64,000 nt of DNA from Cyanobacteria bacterium J06626_4 (GCA_038523235.1 JBCBJQ010000006.1:32001-96000), one strand, 5' to 3'. Positions 9,443-19,802 are shown, numbered from the stretch's first letter. A program made the numbers and translations. Notes: a model not told the origin generated them from the sequence alone.

Positions 9443-10021
9443 ATGACCCCGCATCATCCTCGTAATCCCGCCCGAGAGCAGTACACCAGCTATTTCCCAA
9501 ACGCGCAAACATCGGGGGCTTACCCCACTGACTTCGCACCGCCTTCGCGCCCGACTCGCGTCATGTCCCGCCCCCCGGTGGCTCGTTCGCAGCCATCAAG
9601 GGCGACAGCGCCCCGGCGATCGCGCGCCGCTCAGCCGCCGCGGCGATCGCGGCAGGCGTGGCTAGCGGGCGGGGGCATGTTAGCCCTCGCCGCCTTGGTG
9701 GTGGTGCCGAAGCCCAGCCTGCCGCAGGCTGAGCAATCGGCTAGTGCTAACGTCGTCTGTCAAGAAACGATCAAGTCTGAATCGGTACTGTCGCGAGCGG
9801 AACTGTCAAAACTCCTCGCCATCGCTGAACGGGCTCCGAAGGCCGACATTCAGGCCGTCATTGATGAGCCCTACTGCACCCTGCCCCCGGTCAATGTCAG
9901 AGAAGGGGTGGTCTCTAATCGCGAGGCGTATCCGCTAGAGTTCAATCCCCAAACCTGGTTCATCGTCCTCTACGAAGACGGGGAATATGCCGGTTTCGAC
10001 TTTAGCTTTGAGCGCGATTAG
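9443..10021 (+). CDS. Hypothetical membrane-anchored protein
   Basis: GGAGG RBS; basic disordered N-terminus, one TM segment, small Cys-containing C-terminal domain. Confidence 0.75.
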   Translation: MTPHHPRNPAREQYTSYFPNAQTSGAYPTDFAPPSRPTRVMSRPPVARSQPSRATAPRRSRAAQPPRRSRQAWLAGGGMLALAALVVVPKPSLPQAEQSASANVVCQETIKSESVLSRAELSKLLAIAERAPKADIQAVIDEPYCTLPPVNVREGVVSNREAYPLEFNPQTWFIVLYEDGEYAGFDFSFERD

Positions 10022-10071
10022 CTCAACGGATTGAACAGAGTCAGTGAAATTTCGACAACTGCAGGTGATTT

Positions 10072-10539
10072 ATGCGATCGCGTCTACCGTTTAACCTGAA
10101 GCCCTTCAAACTGGCGGGGCCACTACTGCTGTTGGGGTTGACTGCTTGCACCCTGACCCAGGCACAGGTACCCCCCCGCAATATTCCCATCCATCAAAAT
10201 TGGGTGCTTCAGCCCGGCAGCAAAGTCGGCAACTTTTCAGTTGTGGGCAGCCTGGGCGATGTCTCCATCGATCTGGATGGCCATAAGATCAAAGCCCCCT
10301 TTGACGGTCAGGTGCAGCCCGCCGAGCATAACTGCATCGCCTTCACCAGTCCCGAAATTCCCGCCTATTTGTTTCGGCTGTGTGGCGTCACTCGCCCCCG
10401 CCTGGGCGACGTCAAAGCCGGTACAGTGATTGGCCGAGGGAATGTCTTGCAGTTCGCCGCCATGCGCCGTCAACCGGATGGCACTTGGGCAATGGTGGAA
10501 CCCGCGATCGATGTGCTCGAAAAGACGTTTGCCAAGTAG
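10072..10539 (+). CDS. Hypothetical lipoprotein, M23/barrel-sandwich-hybrid-like
   Basis: Lipobox LTAC; IKAPFDGQV and VKAGTVIG motifs. Confidence 0.7.
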   Translation: MRSRLPFNLKPFKLAGPLLLLGLTACTLTQAQVPPRNIPIHQNWVLQPGSKVGNFSVVGSLGDVSIDLDGHKIKAPFDGQVQPAEHNCIAFTSPEIPAYLFRLCGVTRPRLGDVKAGTVIGRGNVLQFAAMRRQPDGTWAMVEPAIDVLEKTFAK

Positions 10540-10564
10540 GGATTGGGCAGTGCCAAACCCCTAC
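10537..10564. repeat. REP-like palindrome
   Basis: GTAGGGATTGGGCAGTGCCAAACCCCTAC between convergent genes. Confidence 0.6.
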
Positions 10565-10643
10565 AAAAATTTCCTGTTTTAAAGACGCTACTCAAGCACG
10601 GCTCCCCAATGCTGGTGCAGATCCCCTTGAGCGAATGGTGACG

Positions 10644-11456
10644 TTAGCCCCGCTGACGTTTCGATAGCTGGCTCACCGTGACGTAGGCCAAGATGATCAT
10701 CGTGAAGGAAAACAGGGTCGTGAGCGTGCCGAGGGCATAGAGCGCGGGCGAGGTCACGTTTGTCGTCATGCCAAAAATTTCCAATGGCAGCGTGTTGTAC
10801 TGGCCCGAGACCAGCGACGTGCGCGTGAACTCGTCGTAGGAGAGGGTAAATGTCAGCAGGCTGACCCCGATTAGACTCGGCAAAATGAGCGGCAGCACAA
10901 TTTCCCAAAAGGTTTTAGGGTCGTTGGCGCCCAGATCTTTCGCAGCCTCTTCATAGGTGGGGTTAAAGCGATTAAAGATGCCCAGCATGATCAGAAAGGC
11001 GATTGGCAGCGCCCAAGTAAGGTGCGCCCCGAGCCCTGAGGTCAGCCAGCTAGTCGACCAGCCCAACAGCTGAAACATCACCCCCAAGCCGAGGGAGATC
11101 AGGATGCTCGGCACAATCAGGGCAGCGATGGAGAGGTAAAACAACACCGTTGACCCGCGAAACCGCTGCCGAAAGGCCATGGCGGCCAGGGTCGACATGC
11201 TGGCGACGAGGCCCGTGACGATCAGCCCCAGCACGATCGAGCGCTTAAACGGTTCCACAAAGTTGCCGACGCGCTGTTCTTGAAAGACTTGCCCTAGCCA
11301 GTAAAAGCCAAAGCTGCGAATGGGAAACGTCAGCGTGCCGTCTGGCCCCTGCAGCGACAGGATAAAAATCGTGATCATCGGGCCGTAGAGAAACAGCACA
11401 AATAGGGCGAAGAAGGCCGCCAGCAGATAAAAAGAGAGCGATCGCGATTTCATCAT
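10644..11456 (-). CDS. ABC permease (PotC-like)
   Basis: EEAAKDLGA EAA loop, multiple TM segments. Confidence 0.9.
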   Translation of the reverse strand: MMKSRSLSFYLLAAFFALFVLFLYGPMITIFILSLQGPDGTLTFPIRSFGFYWLGQVFQEQRVGNFVEPFKRSIVLGLIVTGLVASMSTLAAMAFRQRFRGSTVLFYLSIAALIVPSILISLGLGVMFQLLGWSTSWLTSGLGAHLTWALPIAFLIMLGIFNRFNPTYEEAAKDLGANDPKTFWEIVLPLILPSLIGVSLLTFTLSYDEFTRTSLVSGQYNTLPLEIFGMTTNVTSPALYALGTLTTLFSFTMIILAYVTVSQLSKRQRG

Positions 11457-11484
11457 CGTTTAGCCAGCCCAGCAGGGGAACAGA

Positions 11485-12342
11485 TCAAAGTTCTTTGCGA
11501 ATGTTGATCACCCGCAAAATCGAGAACACCACCACCAGCGTCACCGTCAACAAAATAATGGCGTTGGCCGCCGCCAGCGGATACTGCAAGCTGCCAATTT
11601 GCGTTTGAATCAGCTTGCCAATCGAGGCCGCTTGGCCACCGCCCATCAGTCGCACGGTCACAAACTCGCCCATCACCAGCGTCACGACAAAAATCGAGCC
11701 GATCGCGATGCCGGGGGCCGACAACGGCAGAATGATTTCTTTGAAGACGTCAAACCCGGAGGCACCCATGTCTTCAGCAGCGGTAATCAGGGTGCGATCA
11801 ATACGCATCAGACTGTTGAAAATTGGCGCAATCATAAAAATGATATAGAGATGCACCATCCCCAACACCACCGCAAAGTCTGAATACAGCAAAAACTCTA
11901 GCGGCTGGTTGATCAGGCCAACACCCATGAGCAACTGATTAACCAGCCCCGCTTTGCCGAGCAGCGGCACCCAAGAGATCATCCGAATAATGTTCGACGT
12001 CCAAAACGGAATGGTGCAGATCAGAAACAGCAGCACCTGCCACTTCAGCTTTCTGATGTGAAACGACAGAAAAAAGGCGACCGGATAGGCGATCAGCAGT
12101 GTCGCCAGCCAGACCATGCCGACAAACTTAAAGGTGTTGAGATAAGTTCTGAGGGTGACCTGAGAGGTAAAGATGCCGATGTAATTGTCCAGCGTAAAGG
12201 CTGGCGTCATGGAATAGCCGTTGAACTCCCAAAAGCTCACGACCCCAATCAGCACAATCGGGAAGACCAAAAAAACGGCCAGGGCGATCGCCTGAGGGGC
12301 GGCCAGCAGGTAGGGCTTGAAGGCTGTCCAGGTTTTAGACAT
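11485..12342 (-). CDS. ABC permease (PotB-like)
   Basis: PFWTSNIIR, AAEDMGA EAA loop. Confidence 0.9.
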   Translation of the reverse strand: MSKTWTAFKPYLLAAPQAIALAVFLVFPIVLIGVVSFWEFNGYSMTPAFTLDNYIGIFTSQVTLRTYLNTFKFVGMVWLATLLIAYPVAFFLSFHIRKLKWQVLLFLICTIPFWTSNIIRMISWVPLLGKAGLVNQLLMGVGLINQPLEFLLYSDFAVVLGMVHLYIIFMIAPIFNSLMRIDRTLITAAEDMGASGFDVFKEIILPLSAPGIAIGSIFVVTLVMGEFVTVRLMGGGQAASIGKLIQTQIGSLQYPLAAANAIILLTVTLVVVFSILRVINIRKEL

Positions 12343-12391
12343 ATGAAAGCCAAATTTCCCACAGGGGAAGTCAATGAATTTTGTACCAGGA

Positions 12392-12468
12392 GGAATCGTA
12401 GGTGGGATCTGACACTGTCAAATTCCCGAGAGTAGAACTACTTTGGGGCATTGCCCACCAACGATTCC
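12392..12468. repeat. Intergenic stem-loop between the binding-protein and permease genes
   Basis: GGAATCGTAGGTGGG ... CCCACCAACGATTCC, 15-bp inverted repeat with one mismatch. Confidence 0.6.
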
Positions 12469-12516
12469 GGCCATTCCTAAAACACCGAGTTTTAGGCAAT
12501 TAGAACGGCGGCAGTG

Positions 12517-13824
12517 CTAGGAGGCAATGAACTCATTCCACTTTTGAACGAGGTAAGTGTTCTCTGCCATCGTGGAATTCCAGCAAACAATGTTGCCAAA
12601 GCGCTCCTTAAAGGCCCCGCCATCGCGAACGTTTCCTGACTTGGCCAGCGTCTTACCAAACGGATCCACCATGTCTTCAGAGGCTGGTTGGCCCTCATAC
12701 CAGTAGGCCCATTCTGCCTCTGACATGTACTGCTTAGAATTCTCCGGGGCCGCACTGTAATAGCCCTGACGACCCAAAAAGGCCCCCACCCAGCCCTCTA
12801 GCATCCAGTTCAGATACTCATAGGCGGCATCTAGCTGAATGCCTTCCAGATTCTTCGACAGGCCGACGCCGCCACCCCAGCCGCGATAGCCCTCTTTGAG
12901 CGGCGCGTAAACGCAGTCAATGCCTTGCGATTGCACAGCCGCCACCGCTGGTGACCACATGGACTGTAAGATGACCTCTCCTGAAGCCATCAGGTTGACC
13001 GACTCATCAAAAGTCTTCCAAAAGGCGCGGAACTGACCGGCGGCCTTTTGCTCTTTGAGGATGCCGATAATCTGATCGATTTCGGCCTTGGTCATGTTGC
13101 CTTTGTCGGCAAACGTCATCAGCCCCAACGACTCGGCCACCAGGGCAGCATCCATGATGCCAATTTGGGGAATGTCGAGAATCGACGTCTTGCCCCGAAA
13201 CTCTTCGTTGAACAGCTCACCCCAGGTTTCGATCGGGCGGGTGATGAGGTCGGGGCGATAGCCCAGCGTATCGGCGTTGTACTGGAAGGGAATCAGCGTG
13301 GCAAAGTCGGTGGGGGTATCCGAAAACTCGGTAGAATCTGGCCCGGTCAGGTACATCACCTTGTAGGGCGCAGTCCCCTGAGAAGCCTCAACGGGCATGC
13401 CCTCGTACTCGCCACTGGTGAAAAAGGAGACGATTTTGTCCCAGTCACTGACCTTAGAAATCTCAATCGGTCGCAGATTGCCCGACGGCACCACCAGCGG
13501 CAAGCTGAAATACTCGCCATCGAAAATGTCGTACTGATCGGGCTGAGTAATGGCGATTTGGTTGTTTTCTTCGGTGCTCAGGGCGCGCATGTCGAGACTG
13601 AAACCCAGATCTTCTTGGGCCTTATCGCGAATCTCGTTGATCTGAGAGACGCCGGTACCGATCAGGCGGAGGGTGACATCTTTAATCTGGTTGGTATTGA
13701 CCTCGGGTCCGGTCGCTGGATTGTTTGGCGTCCCTTCGGGAGCACTGCCGCAGCGGGCAGCCGCCACAGCCGCCCCCGCTGCCAGCCCAGTTCGAAGCAC
13801 GTAACGACGAGAAACATTAGCCAT
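12517..13824 (-). CDS. ABC substrate-binding protein (PotD/PotF-like), Tat lipoprotein
   Basis: ATG after GGAG; SRRYVL twin-arginine motif and AAARC lipobox; YNADTLGY, KEGYRGW, AYEYLNW. Confidence 0.85.
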   Translation of the reverse strand: MANVSRRYVLRTGLAAGAAVAAARCGSAPEGTPNNPATGPEVNTNQIKDVTLRLIGTGVSQINEIRDKAQEDLGFSLDMRALSTEENNQIAITQPDQYDIFDGEYFSLPLVVPSGNLRPIEISKVSDWDKIVSFFTSGEYEGMPVEASQGTAPYKVMYLTGPDSTEFSDTPTDFATLIPFQYNADTLGYRPDLITRPIETWGELFNEEFRGKTSILDIPQIGIMDAALVAESLGLMTFADKGNMTKAEIDQIIGILKEQKAAGQFRAFWKTFDESVNLMASGEVILQSMWSPAVAAVQSQGIDCVYAPLKEGYRGWGGGVGLSKNLEGIQLDAAYEYLNWMLEGWVGAFLGRQGYYSAAPENSKQYMSEAEWAYWYEGQPASEDMVDPFGKTLAKSGNVRDGGAFKERFGNIVCWNSTMAENTYLVQKWNEFIAS

Positions 13825-13904
13825 GAGAACTCTCCTTGCAGAATTGAGACGATTTAAGGGCAGATTAAGACGATTCGTCAACAGTCCGAACAATCACAGT
13901 CCGA

Positions 13905-15089
13905 TCAATCTGCCAGAAACACGCAGTCGTGCGCCGACCAGCGCAGGGTAACCGCCTGACCTTCGCTGATACCGGCGTCCGCCCAGTCAGCCGTGCGCAC
14001 TTTGTACAGCAGCTCTTGGCCAGTGGCTTCGGTCAGTAGCCCCACGCGGGTGACGTAACCGGTCAGCTCGACATCAACGACTCGGGCCGTGAGGTGATTC
14101 GCCTGGGGCGAAGGCGCGCCGTCCGCCGTTGACACGATGGTGAGCAGATCAGGGCGCACTGAGCAGGCAGCCGTTTGCCCCACCGCTGTGGCCTGCCCCT
14201 GACTAAAGATCGATCCAAGGCCTGCCACCGCCAACTCGATCATGTCGAGGCCATCGCTATCGGGGACGGCGTTCAGCACGGTGCCTTCAAAAATGTTGTT
14301 GTCGCCAATAAATTTCGCCACAAATTTTGAAGCAGGTTTCGCAAATAGGTCACTGGGGGTGGCGACCTGGTCGATATGTCCGTGATCCATCACGACAATT
14401 TGATCGGAAAGGGAGAAGGCTTCTTCCACGTGGTGGGTGACCTGAATAAAGGTGAGGCCAAACTGCTTTTGAATATTGCGAAGTTCGCTGCGCATCCGCA
14501 CTCGCAGGTTTTCATCGAGGGCGCTGAGGGGCTCATCCAACATCAATACTTGGGGGCGCGTGACCAAGGCGCGAGCGAGGGCAATGCGCTGCTGCTGCCC
14601 GCCGCTAAGCTGATCTGGCTTGCGATCGCTCGTCTGGCTTAATCCCACCAGTTCCAAAATCTCACCGACGCGTTGGCGACGTTCGGCGGCGGGCACCTGC
14701 CGCATCCGCAACCCAAACTCAACGTTTTGCCATACCGTTTTGTGGGGAAACAGGGCGTAGTTTTGAAACATCATCGCCGTGTTGCGCTTGGCGGGTGGCA
14801 GGGCATTAACGCGGCGATCGCCAATATAGATATCGCCACTCGTGATCGACTCGTGACCGGCAATCATCCGTAACGTGGTGGTTTTGCCACAGCCGCTCGG
14901 CCCTAACAAACAACAATAAGAACCCGCCGGAATGTCTAGCAGGAGGTTTTCGACTGCGGTGAAGCTGCCATATTTTTTGGTCACCGAGCGCAACGAGACG
15001 CCTGCGGCCCCCTGGGCCAGCACTTGCTTAATATTCTTTTCAGACTCTGCAGCAGCAGGCTGAATCATATCTCGAGCATCTAATACCAT
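13905..15089 (-). CDS. ABC ATP-binding subunit (PotA-like)
   Basis: GPSGCGKT, LSGGQQQR, LDEPLSALD, TOBE-like C-terminus. Confidence 0.93.
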   Translation of the reverse strand: MVLDARDMIQPAAAESEKNIKQVLAQGAAGVSLRSVTKKYGSFTAVENLLLDIPAGSYCCLLGPSGCGKTTTLRMIAGHESITSGDIYIGDRRVNALPPAKRNTAMMFQNYALFPHKTVWQNVEFGLRMRQVPAAERRQRVGEILELVGLSQTSDRKPDQLSGGQQQRIALARALVTRPQVLMLDEPLSALDENLRVRMRSELRNIQKQFGLTFIQVTHHVEEAFSLSDQIVVMDHGHIDQVATPSDLFAKPASKFVAKFIGDNNIFEGTVLNAVPDSDGLDMIELAVAGLGSIFSQGQATAVGQTAACSVRPDLLTIVSTADGAPSPQANHLTARVVDVELTGYVTRVGLLTEATGQELLYKVRTADWADAGISEGQAVTLRWSAHDCVFLAD

Positions 15090-15299
15090 TACGCTTCACA
15101 GGTAATCGTTGCCAACTTATCAGAGCAGCCCGATAGAGCGCCTAGAGGCCATGCTCAAGGGCTCACCAGGAGCCAATTCACCCTTATTTTCCAGCTCGCC
15201 CAGCAAGCGAGTACCGTATCGACGCCTCGGACATGAGCGGTAGGTAACGGAGGCCGCATTAAGGTCTGGCCCAAACCTGGACAACTTTGGAACATGTTT

Positions 15300-15341
15300 A
15301 CTGTATGCATCTCGATCAGCGGCAAAGGTGTCGAACTATAC
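15300..15341 (-). promoter_or_regulatory. NtcA-activated (class II) promoter candidate
   Basis: Minus strand reads GTA-TAGTTCGA-CAC, then exactly 22 nt, then TACAGT (TAN3T). Confidence 0.65.
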
Positions 15342-15534
15342 CTTTTGGCGGAATGATTGCCGTCTGATTTTCGCTGCCCGGGTCAAAACCCGTTTTCGCG
15401 ATGGGTTCTGCCCCTGCCCCTGGCGATCGCCCACAAAAAATCCCCCCAATAAATTGGAGGGATAGAGTTCCTGAAAATCGTCACTGCCTTAATATCGGTG
15501 CTAAATCGCACAGTGACAAGAGGGGTACAACCCA

Positions 15535-16713
15535 TCACTGGTCATGTCCGTTGGCCAGCGATCGATCCCAAATTTGGGGGCGCTCAGCCAAGGGCACATA
15601 CTTTTGGCCATGGGAGCCGGTATAGATCTGGGTGGGTCGAAAGATCCGGTTTTCTTTGATCTGCTCTTTCCAATGCGCCAGCCAACCAGCGACGCGGGCG
15701 ATCGCAAATACCGGCGTAAAGAGATCGGTAGGAATACCCAACCGCCGATACACCAGTCCCGAATAAAAATCGACGTTGGGATAAACGCCTTTGTCGCCTA
15801 AACGCTCTGTGACGACCTGCTCAAGTTCTAGAGCAATGTCGTAATATTCATCGCCGCCAAATTTTTCAAACAGCTGTTCGGCTAACTTTTGCAAAATCTT
15901 AGCGCGCGGGTCTTTCACCTTATAGACGCGGTGGCCAAAGCCCATGATCTTTTTCTTGTGGGTGACACAATCGTCCACAAAAGGGCGCACATTGTCGACG
16001 CTGCCAATCGCCTCCAGCATGGCAATCACCTCTTCGTTCGCGCCACCATGCAGCGGCCCCGCCAGCGTGCCCACGGCCGAGGCGATGACCGCATAGGGGT
16101 CCGTCAGCGTCGATGCCGTCACCATCGCGGAGAAGGTGGAAGCATTGATGGTGTGTTCGGCATGCAGGGTCAAACAGATGTCAAAAATGCGCGCGGCCAG
16201 TGGGTCGGGCTCTTGCTCATTGAGCATGTACAAAAAATTGGCGGCATAGTCCAAGTCATCGCGCGGGCGCACGGGGTCGTTGCCCTTCCGCATCAGTTGA
16301 AAGGCCGCGACCATGGTGGGAATTTTGGCCAGCAGTCGCACCACAGCCTTTTGAATATAGAGGGGGTCGTTTAACGCCCGTTTTGAGTAGAACAGCCCCA
16401 AGGCCGCTGCACAGGCCTGCAGGGCATCCATCGGGTGGCCGCCCTCCGGGAAGCACTTCATCATGTCACGGATGCGATATTTCAACCGTCGATGGTTGCG
16501 AATCTCGTGTTCAAAGTCTTCCAGGGCTTGTTTTGTCGGTAGCCCGCCCCAAATCAGCAAATAAGCCGATTCTAAGAACGTACTTTGGTGGGCCAACGCT
16601 TCGACTCGAATGCCGCGATACTCTAAGATCCCCTGTTTGCCATCGACGTGGCTGATCGCCGATTGGGTTGCCGGAATTCCCTCCAGACCGGGCTTGTAGT
16701 CACAAACTGTCAT
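15535..16713 (-). CDS. gltA: Citrate synthase
   Basis: LHAEHTINAST, GPLHGGANE, GFGHRVY, YPNVDFYSG; likely start MTVCDYKPG. Confidence 0.96.
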   Translation of the reverse strand: MTVCDYKPGLEGIPATQSAISHVDGKQGILEYRGIRVEALAHQSTFLESAYLLIWGGLPTKQALEDFEHEIRNHRRLKYRIRDMMKCFPEGGHPMDALQACAAALGLFYSKRALNDPLYIQKAVVRLLAKIPTMVAAFQLMRKGNDPVRPRDDLDYAANFLYMLNEQEPDPLAARIFDICLTLHAEHTINASTFSAMVTASTLTDPYAVIASAVGTLAGPLHGGANEEVIAMLEAIGSVDNVRPFVDDCVTHKKKIMGFGHRVYKVKDPRAKILQKLAEQLFEKFGGDEYYDIALELEQVVTERLGDKGVYPNVDFYSGLVYRRLGIPTDLFTPVFAIARVAGWLAHWKEQIKENRIFRPTQIYTGSHGQKYVPLAERPQIWDRSLANGHDQ

Positions 16714-17053
16714 CTTTGGATCGCTCCCATATAGTTGATATGCGCCACTATTTGCCTGCCTCGCGATCGGTCTCTGCGGCAAAGCCCCCAGTCGGATGCC
16801 ATTTGACTGGTATGAACCTTAGAACACTGAGTGGCCGATACTGCGTAGTCGCTTCAGGGTCGCTTTCGGTTGGATTGGCTTAAGACCTTTCAATACCAGA
16901 CTTTGGCTTGGTCATTCTGTACTGCAGGACGCTGCTACAGGAAGGAGCTTGTGGTCTAGCCGCCAAGGAGCATGGGCTCGCCGCATTTCCCCTGACAACA
17001 GCAATCGTTGGATTGCAGCCTACCACTTAGGCAGCGATTGCATCTACTCATCC

Positions 17054-17578
17054 TCACAACAACAACCGCGGGGAAGTGAGCCAAAACAGCTCGCTGTTGC
17101 CGATCGCCGTCGCCGCAGCGGGCACGTGCAGGCCAATCACACCCGCTTTTTTGAGCCGCCAGCGATCGCTAACTTGCCCCGTAACTAACTGCTGTGCCCA
17201 ATGGCTCAAGTCGGGTTCGTGCCCCACCAGAGCCAACCGCCCTGAAGACTGCGCCTGCCACTGGGCGAGCACTGGTAGCCAGTCTGCCAACTTGCCACCG
17301 GGGGCGAGGGCGGCGCTGAGTTCGACGGTGGAAGCCATCCCCACGTCTAAAAGAATCTCAGCCGTTTGCTGGGCTCGCACTAAAGGACTCGTCAGAATTT
17401 TGTCAACTTGGCAGCCGACCGCCAGCAACCGCAGCGCCACGGCTCGGGTCCGCGCGCTCCCGGCATCAGTCAAAGGTCGTTCGTCATCCACGCGATAGGT
17501 ACCACGCTCAGCCGCAATGCCGTGACGGATCAGGTACAGCTCAGTCAGCGGCAATTTAGTCGGTGGAAATAAGGCCAT
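17054..17578 (-). CDS. sixA: Phosphohistidine phosphatase (start uncertain)
   Basis: LIRHG, TSPLVRAQQT, LVGHEP. Confidence 0.9.
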   Translation of the reverse strand: MALFPPTKLPLTELYLIRHGIAAERGTYRVDDERPLTDAGSARTRAVALRLLAVGCQVDKILTSPLVRAQQTAEILLDVGMASTVELSAALAPGGKLADWLPVLAQWQAQSSGRLALVGHEPDLSHWAQQLVTGQVSDRWRLKKAGVIGLHVPAAATAIGNSELFWLTSPRLLL

Positions 17579-18848
17579 CTTCGGGGTTCACCAGTCGCCA
17601 CAGCTTCTGTTTGACCTGGGTATCAAAGACTTCCCACTTTAAGCGGTTGTAGTCGCCATTTTCATAGAAGCCAGAGAGGAAGCCGATGGGAATCTCAAAC
17701 CCGCCTGCGGTGGTGCGACCGCCGCCAAAGAAGCGTCCTTCAGGATCTTGACCAAAGGCTTCTTTAATAAATTCGTCGGGGTCGAGGGTGATTTTACTGG
17801 TGCGTAGCGAGCCGATCACCACCTCTAACTCTTCGTCTTCATCGTGAACGATGCCGTAAACCACAGCGGTGTGCACGTTTTCTTCGGTGACTAAGAAGTC
17901 AGCCGCTTGGGGAATGGCGTCGCGATCGTCGTAGCGCAGATAGCCCACCCCCGCTATCGACACGTTGTTTTGGACTTTGCGGTTACGCAGCGATCGCTCG
18001 ATCACGTCCATCACTCGTTTCGACCGCGAGGCCCGTAAAATCGCGGCCAGCAACTGCGGGTCATAGTAGTTGCTCAGGTACGCTGCCGCACCAAAGTCGG
18101 CCTCGCCCGCATGCATCAGGTTACTGGTGTCAGAGCGGATGCCATGCATCAGCGCCGTGGCACATTTGACGTGGGTGCTGTTGCTTTTATCCAGCACAAG
18201 CAGCTGCTCACTCTGCAAATACTGGGTCATGATCGTGGCCGTCGCGCGAATCTGGGGGCGCAGGTCCACCAGATTGGCTTCGATTTCTTTTTGCGGCGCG
18301 TGGTGATCGACCACCAAAAACAGCGGGAGCTGAGAGGCTTCTACCGTACGAATCAGCTGGCAGGTCGTACCCTGAGTATCAAGCAGGACATAGGCCTGAT
18401 ATTTGTTGAGGTCTGGCCCGGTTTTGGTTTGCGGATTCCAGCGTCGTACCGGCAGTCCTGACAGGCGCACCAGAGTGATATTTTCCTGATGGCTGAGGGT
18501 GCCGCCGTAGTAAATGTCGCAGTCAATATTGTAGTTTTTGCAAATCAGCTGATAGGCCCAAGCCGACGACAGCGCATCCGGGTCAGGAAAGTCTTGAATC
18601 AAGACTAGGTGGCGATCGCCCGACCGCTCTAGCAGCAGCTTTTCTAACGCTGAAACGACGCTGGCATGGTCTGGCTGATACGTTCCCGCGATCGCTGATT
18701 TGCCCATCAAGGAGGGAATCGCTTTGGCGGCTCCATGTTTTGAGGTGGGCAGCGTTTCTAAAGCAGCATTGGGCGAAGCGGTAGGATCAGGCACAAGCAA
18801 TTCAATAGCGTCTATTACTAAGATAGCTCTCCCTATAACCCCTGACAC
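17556..18848 (-). CDS. DHH-family phosphoesterase (NrnA-like); start uncertain
   Basis: QDFPDPDA, LLDT, VVDHH, GIRSDT, GGG motifs. Confidence 0.88.
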   Translation of the reverse strand: MSGVIGRAILVIDAIELLVPDPTASPNAALETLPTSKHGAAKAIPSLMGKSAIAGTYQPDHASVVSALEKLLLERSGDRHLVLIQDFPDPDALSSAWAYQLICKNYNIDCDIYYGGTLSHQENITLVRLSGLPVRRWNPQTKTGPDLNKYQAYVLLDTQGTTCQLIRTVEASQLPLFLVVDHHAPQKEIEANLVDLRPQIRATATIMTQYLQSEQLLVLDKSNSTHVKCATALMHGIRSDTSNLMHAGEADFGAAAYLSNYYDPQLLAAILRASRSKRVMDVIERSLRNRKVQNNVSIAGVGYLRYDDRDAIPQAADFLVTEENVHTAVVYGIVHDEDEELEVVIGSLRTSKITLDPDEFIKEAFGQDPEGRFFGGGRTTAGGFEIPIGFLSGFYENGDYNRLKWEVFDTQVKQKLWRLVNPEDGLISTD

Positions 18849-19558
18849 CTCTGTCTAGGGGCGCAGAAACCGCCCGCTCTAGAGATAGGAGGCACGCCTC
18901 GCCGAGCACTGCCAAGTAGGCAGACACAATCTCTTGCCGACGAGTTTTCTCCTGGCGGAGACGCTTCGCGTTGGTCTTGCCTGCCCATAGAACTTACGAC
19001 TCCGCTCAACCCTCAACTTCCTACCTGGCCCGCCATCTCGCTGATTTCGACTCCGCTCCATCAGCGACTGGTTTAACATTTGATTCGGCCCGGCTTTGCC
19101 ATTTGCAGGCCGACACCGCCGGGTTTAGAGATTGAGCCTGGCCCTGCAGTTGGTGGGCGATGAGATCGCGCCAACGCTGTAACCAGGGCAGGCTTACCCA
19201 GTCAAACTCTATCGGCTGATAGATGACAATCGCTGACCAGCCGATATCCTGTTACATAGATGGGCAGCTCCAACAACAGAATACGGCTAACCGATCAACT
19301 TTTTGTCGTTGAATGCTGTTTCTTGTGTTATGTTGTGCAACTGGAAGCGAAATAAGCAGCATTTCAATAGTTTCAGAAGCTGTTTAGAGAATTTTTGCCA
19401 TCGTCGCGAACGGGCATGACCCAAGGTTTTAAGCACAGCTATGCAGGTGCTGATGACCTGTTTGAGCCTTGAGTGGCGAAAAAATTCTCTCTGGTCACTT
19501 CGTTTGATCACCGCTTCGCTGTTTTTGTAATTTCTAAAGGTTTTTTAAAAACTTGAAT

Positions 19559-19792
19559 ATGAGCGAAACGACTATGAGCCAACAGGTTGCTCACCCGATG
19601 GCGAAGTTTCAACGGCAGGTACAATCACTCGTCAAACGCAATGTCGTCAAGCCGAGCGATAGCATTTGGAAGATTGCGTTTTTGTTTGGCGATGAATGGT
19701 CTCACTGGCGCAAAGAGCTGGAAGATTTTGAATTTTCCACCAAAGATCCGATCAGCGATCTGCTCGCAGTCGACTGTTGGGAAGAAGATTAG
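19559..19792 (+). CDS. DUF4327-family cyanobacterial protein
   Basis: HPMAKFQRQV...PSDSIWKI...W..W..EL..F.F. Confidence 0.75.
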   Translation: MSETTMSQQVAHPMAKFQRQVQSLVKRNVVKPSDSIWKIAFLFGDEWSHWRKELEDFEFSTKDPISDLLAVDCWEED

Positions 19793-19802
19793 ATCCAGCG
19801 CC

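Noticed and set aside
15090..15295. Guanidine or other riboswitch ahead of the ABC operon
   Set aside because: I found no ykkC-type conserved motifs on the minus strand by eye.
18879..19079. rnpB/6S-type RNA or a 66-aa ORF
   Set aside because: No conserved RNase P or 6S motifs were recognised, and the peptide is not protein-like.
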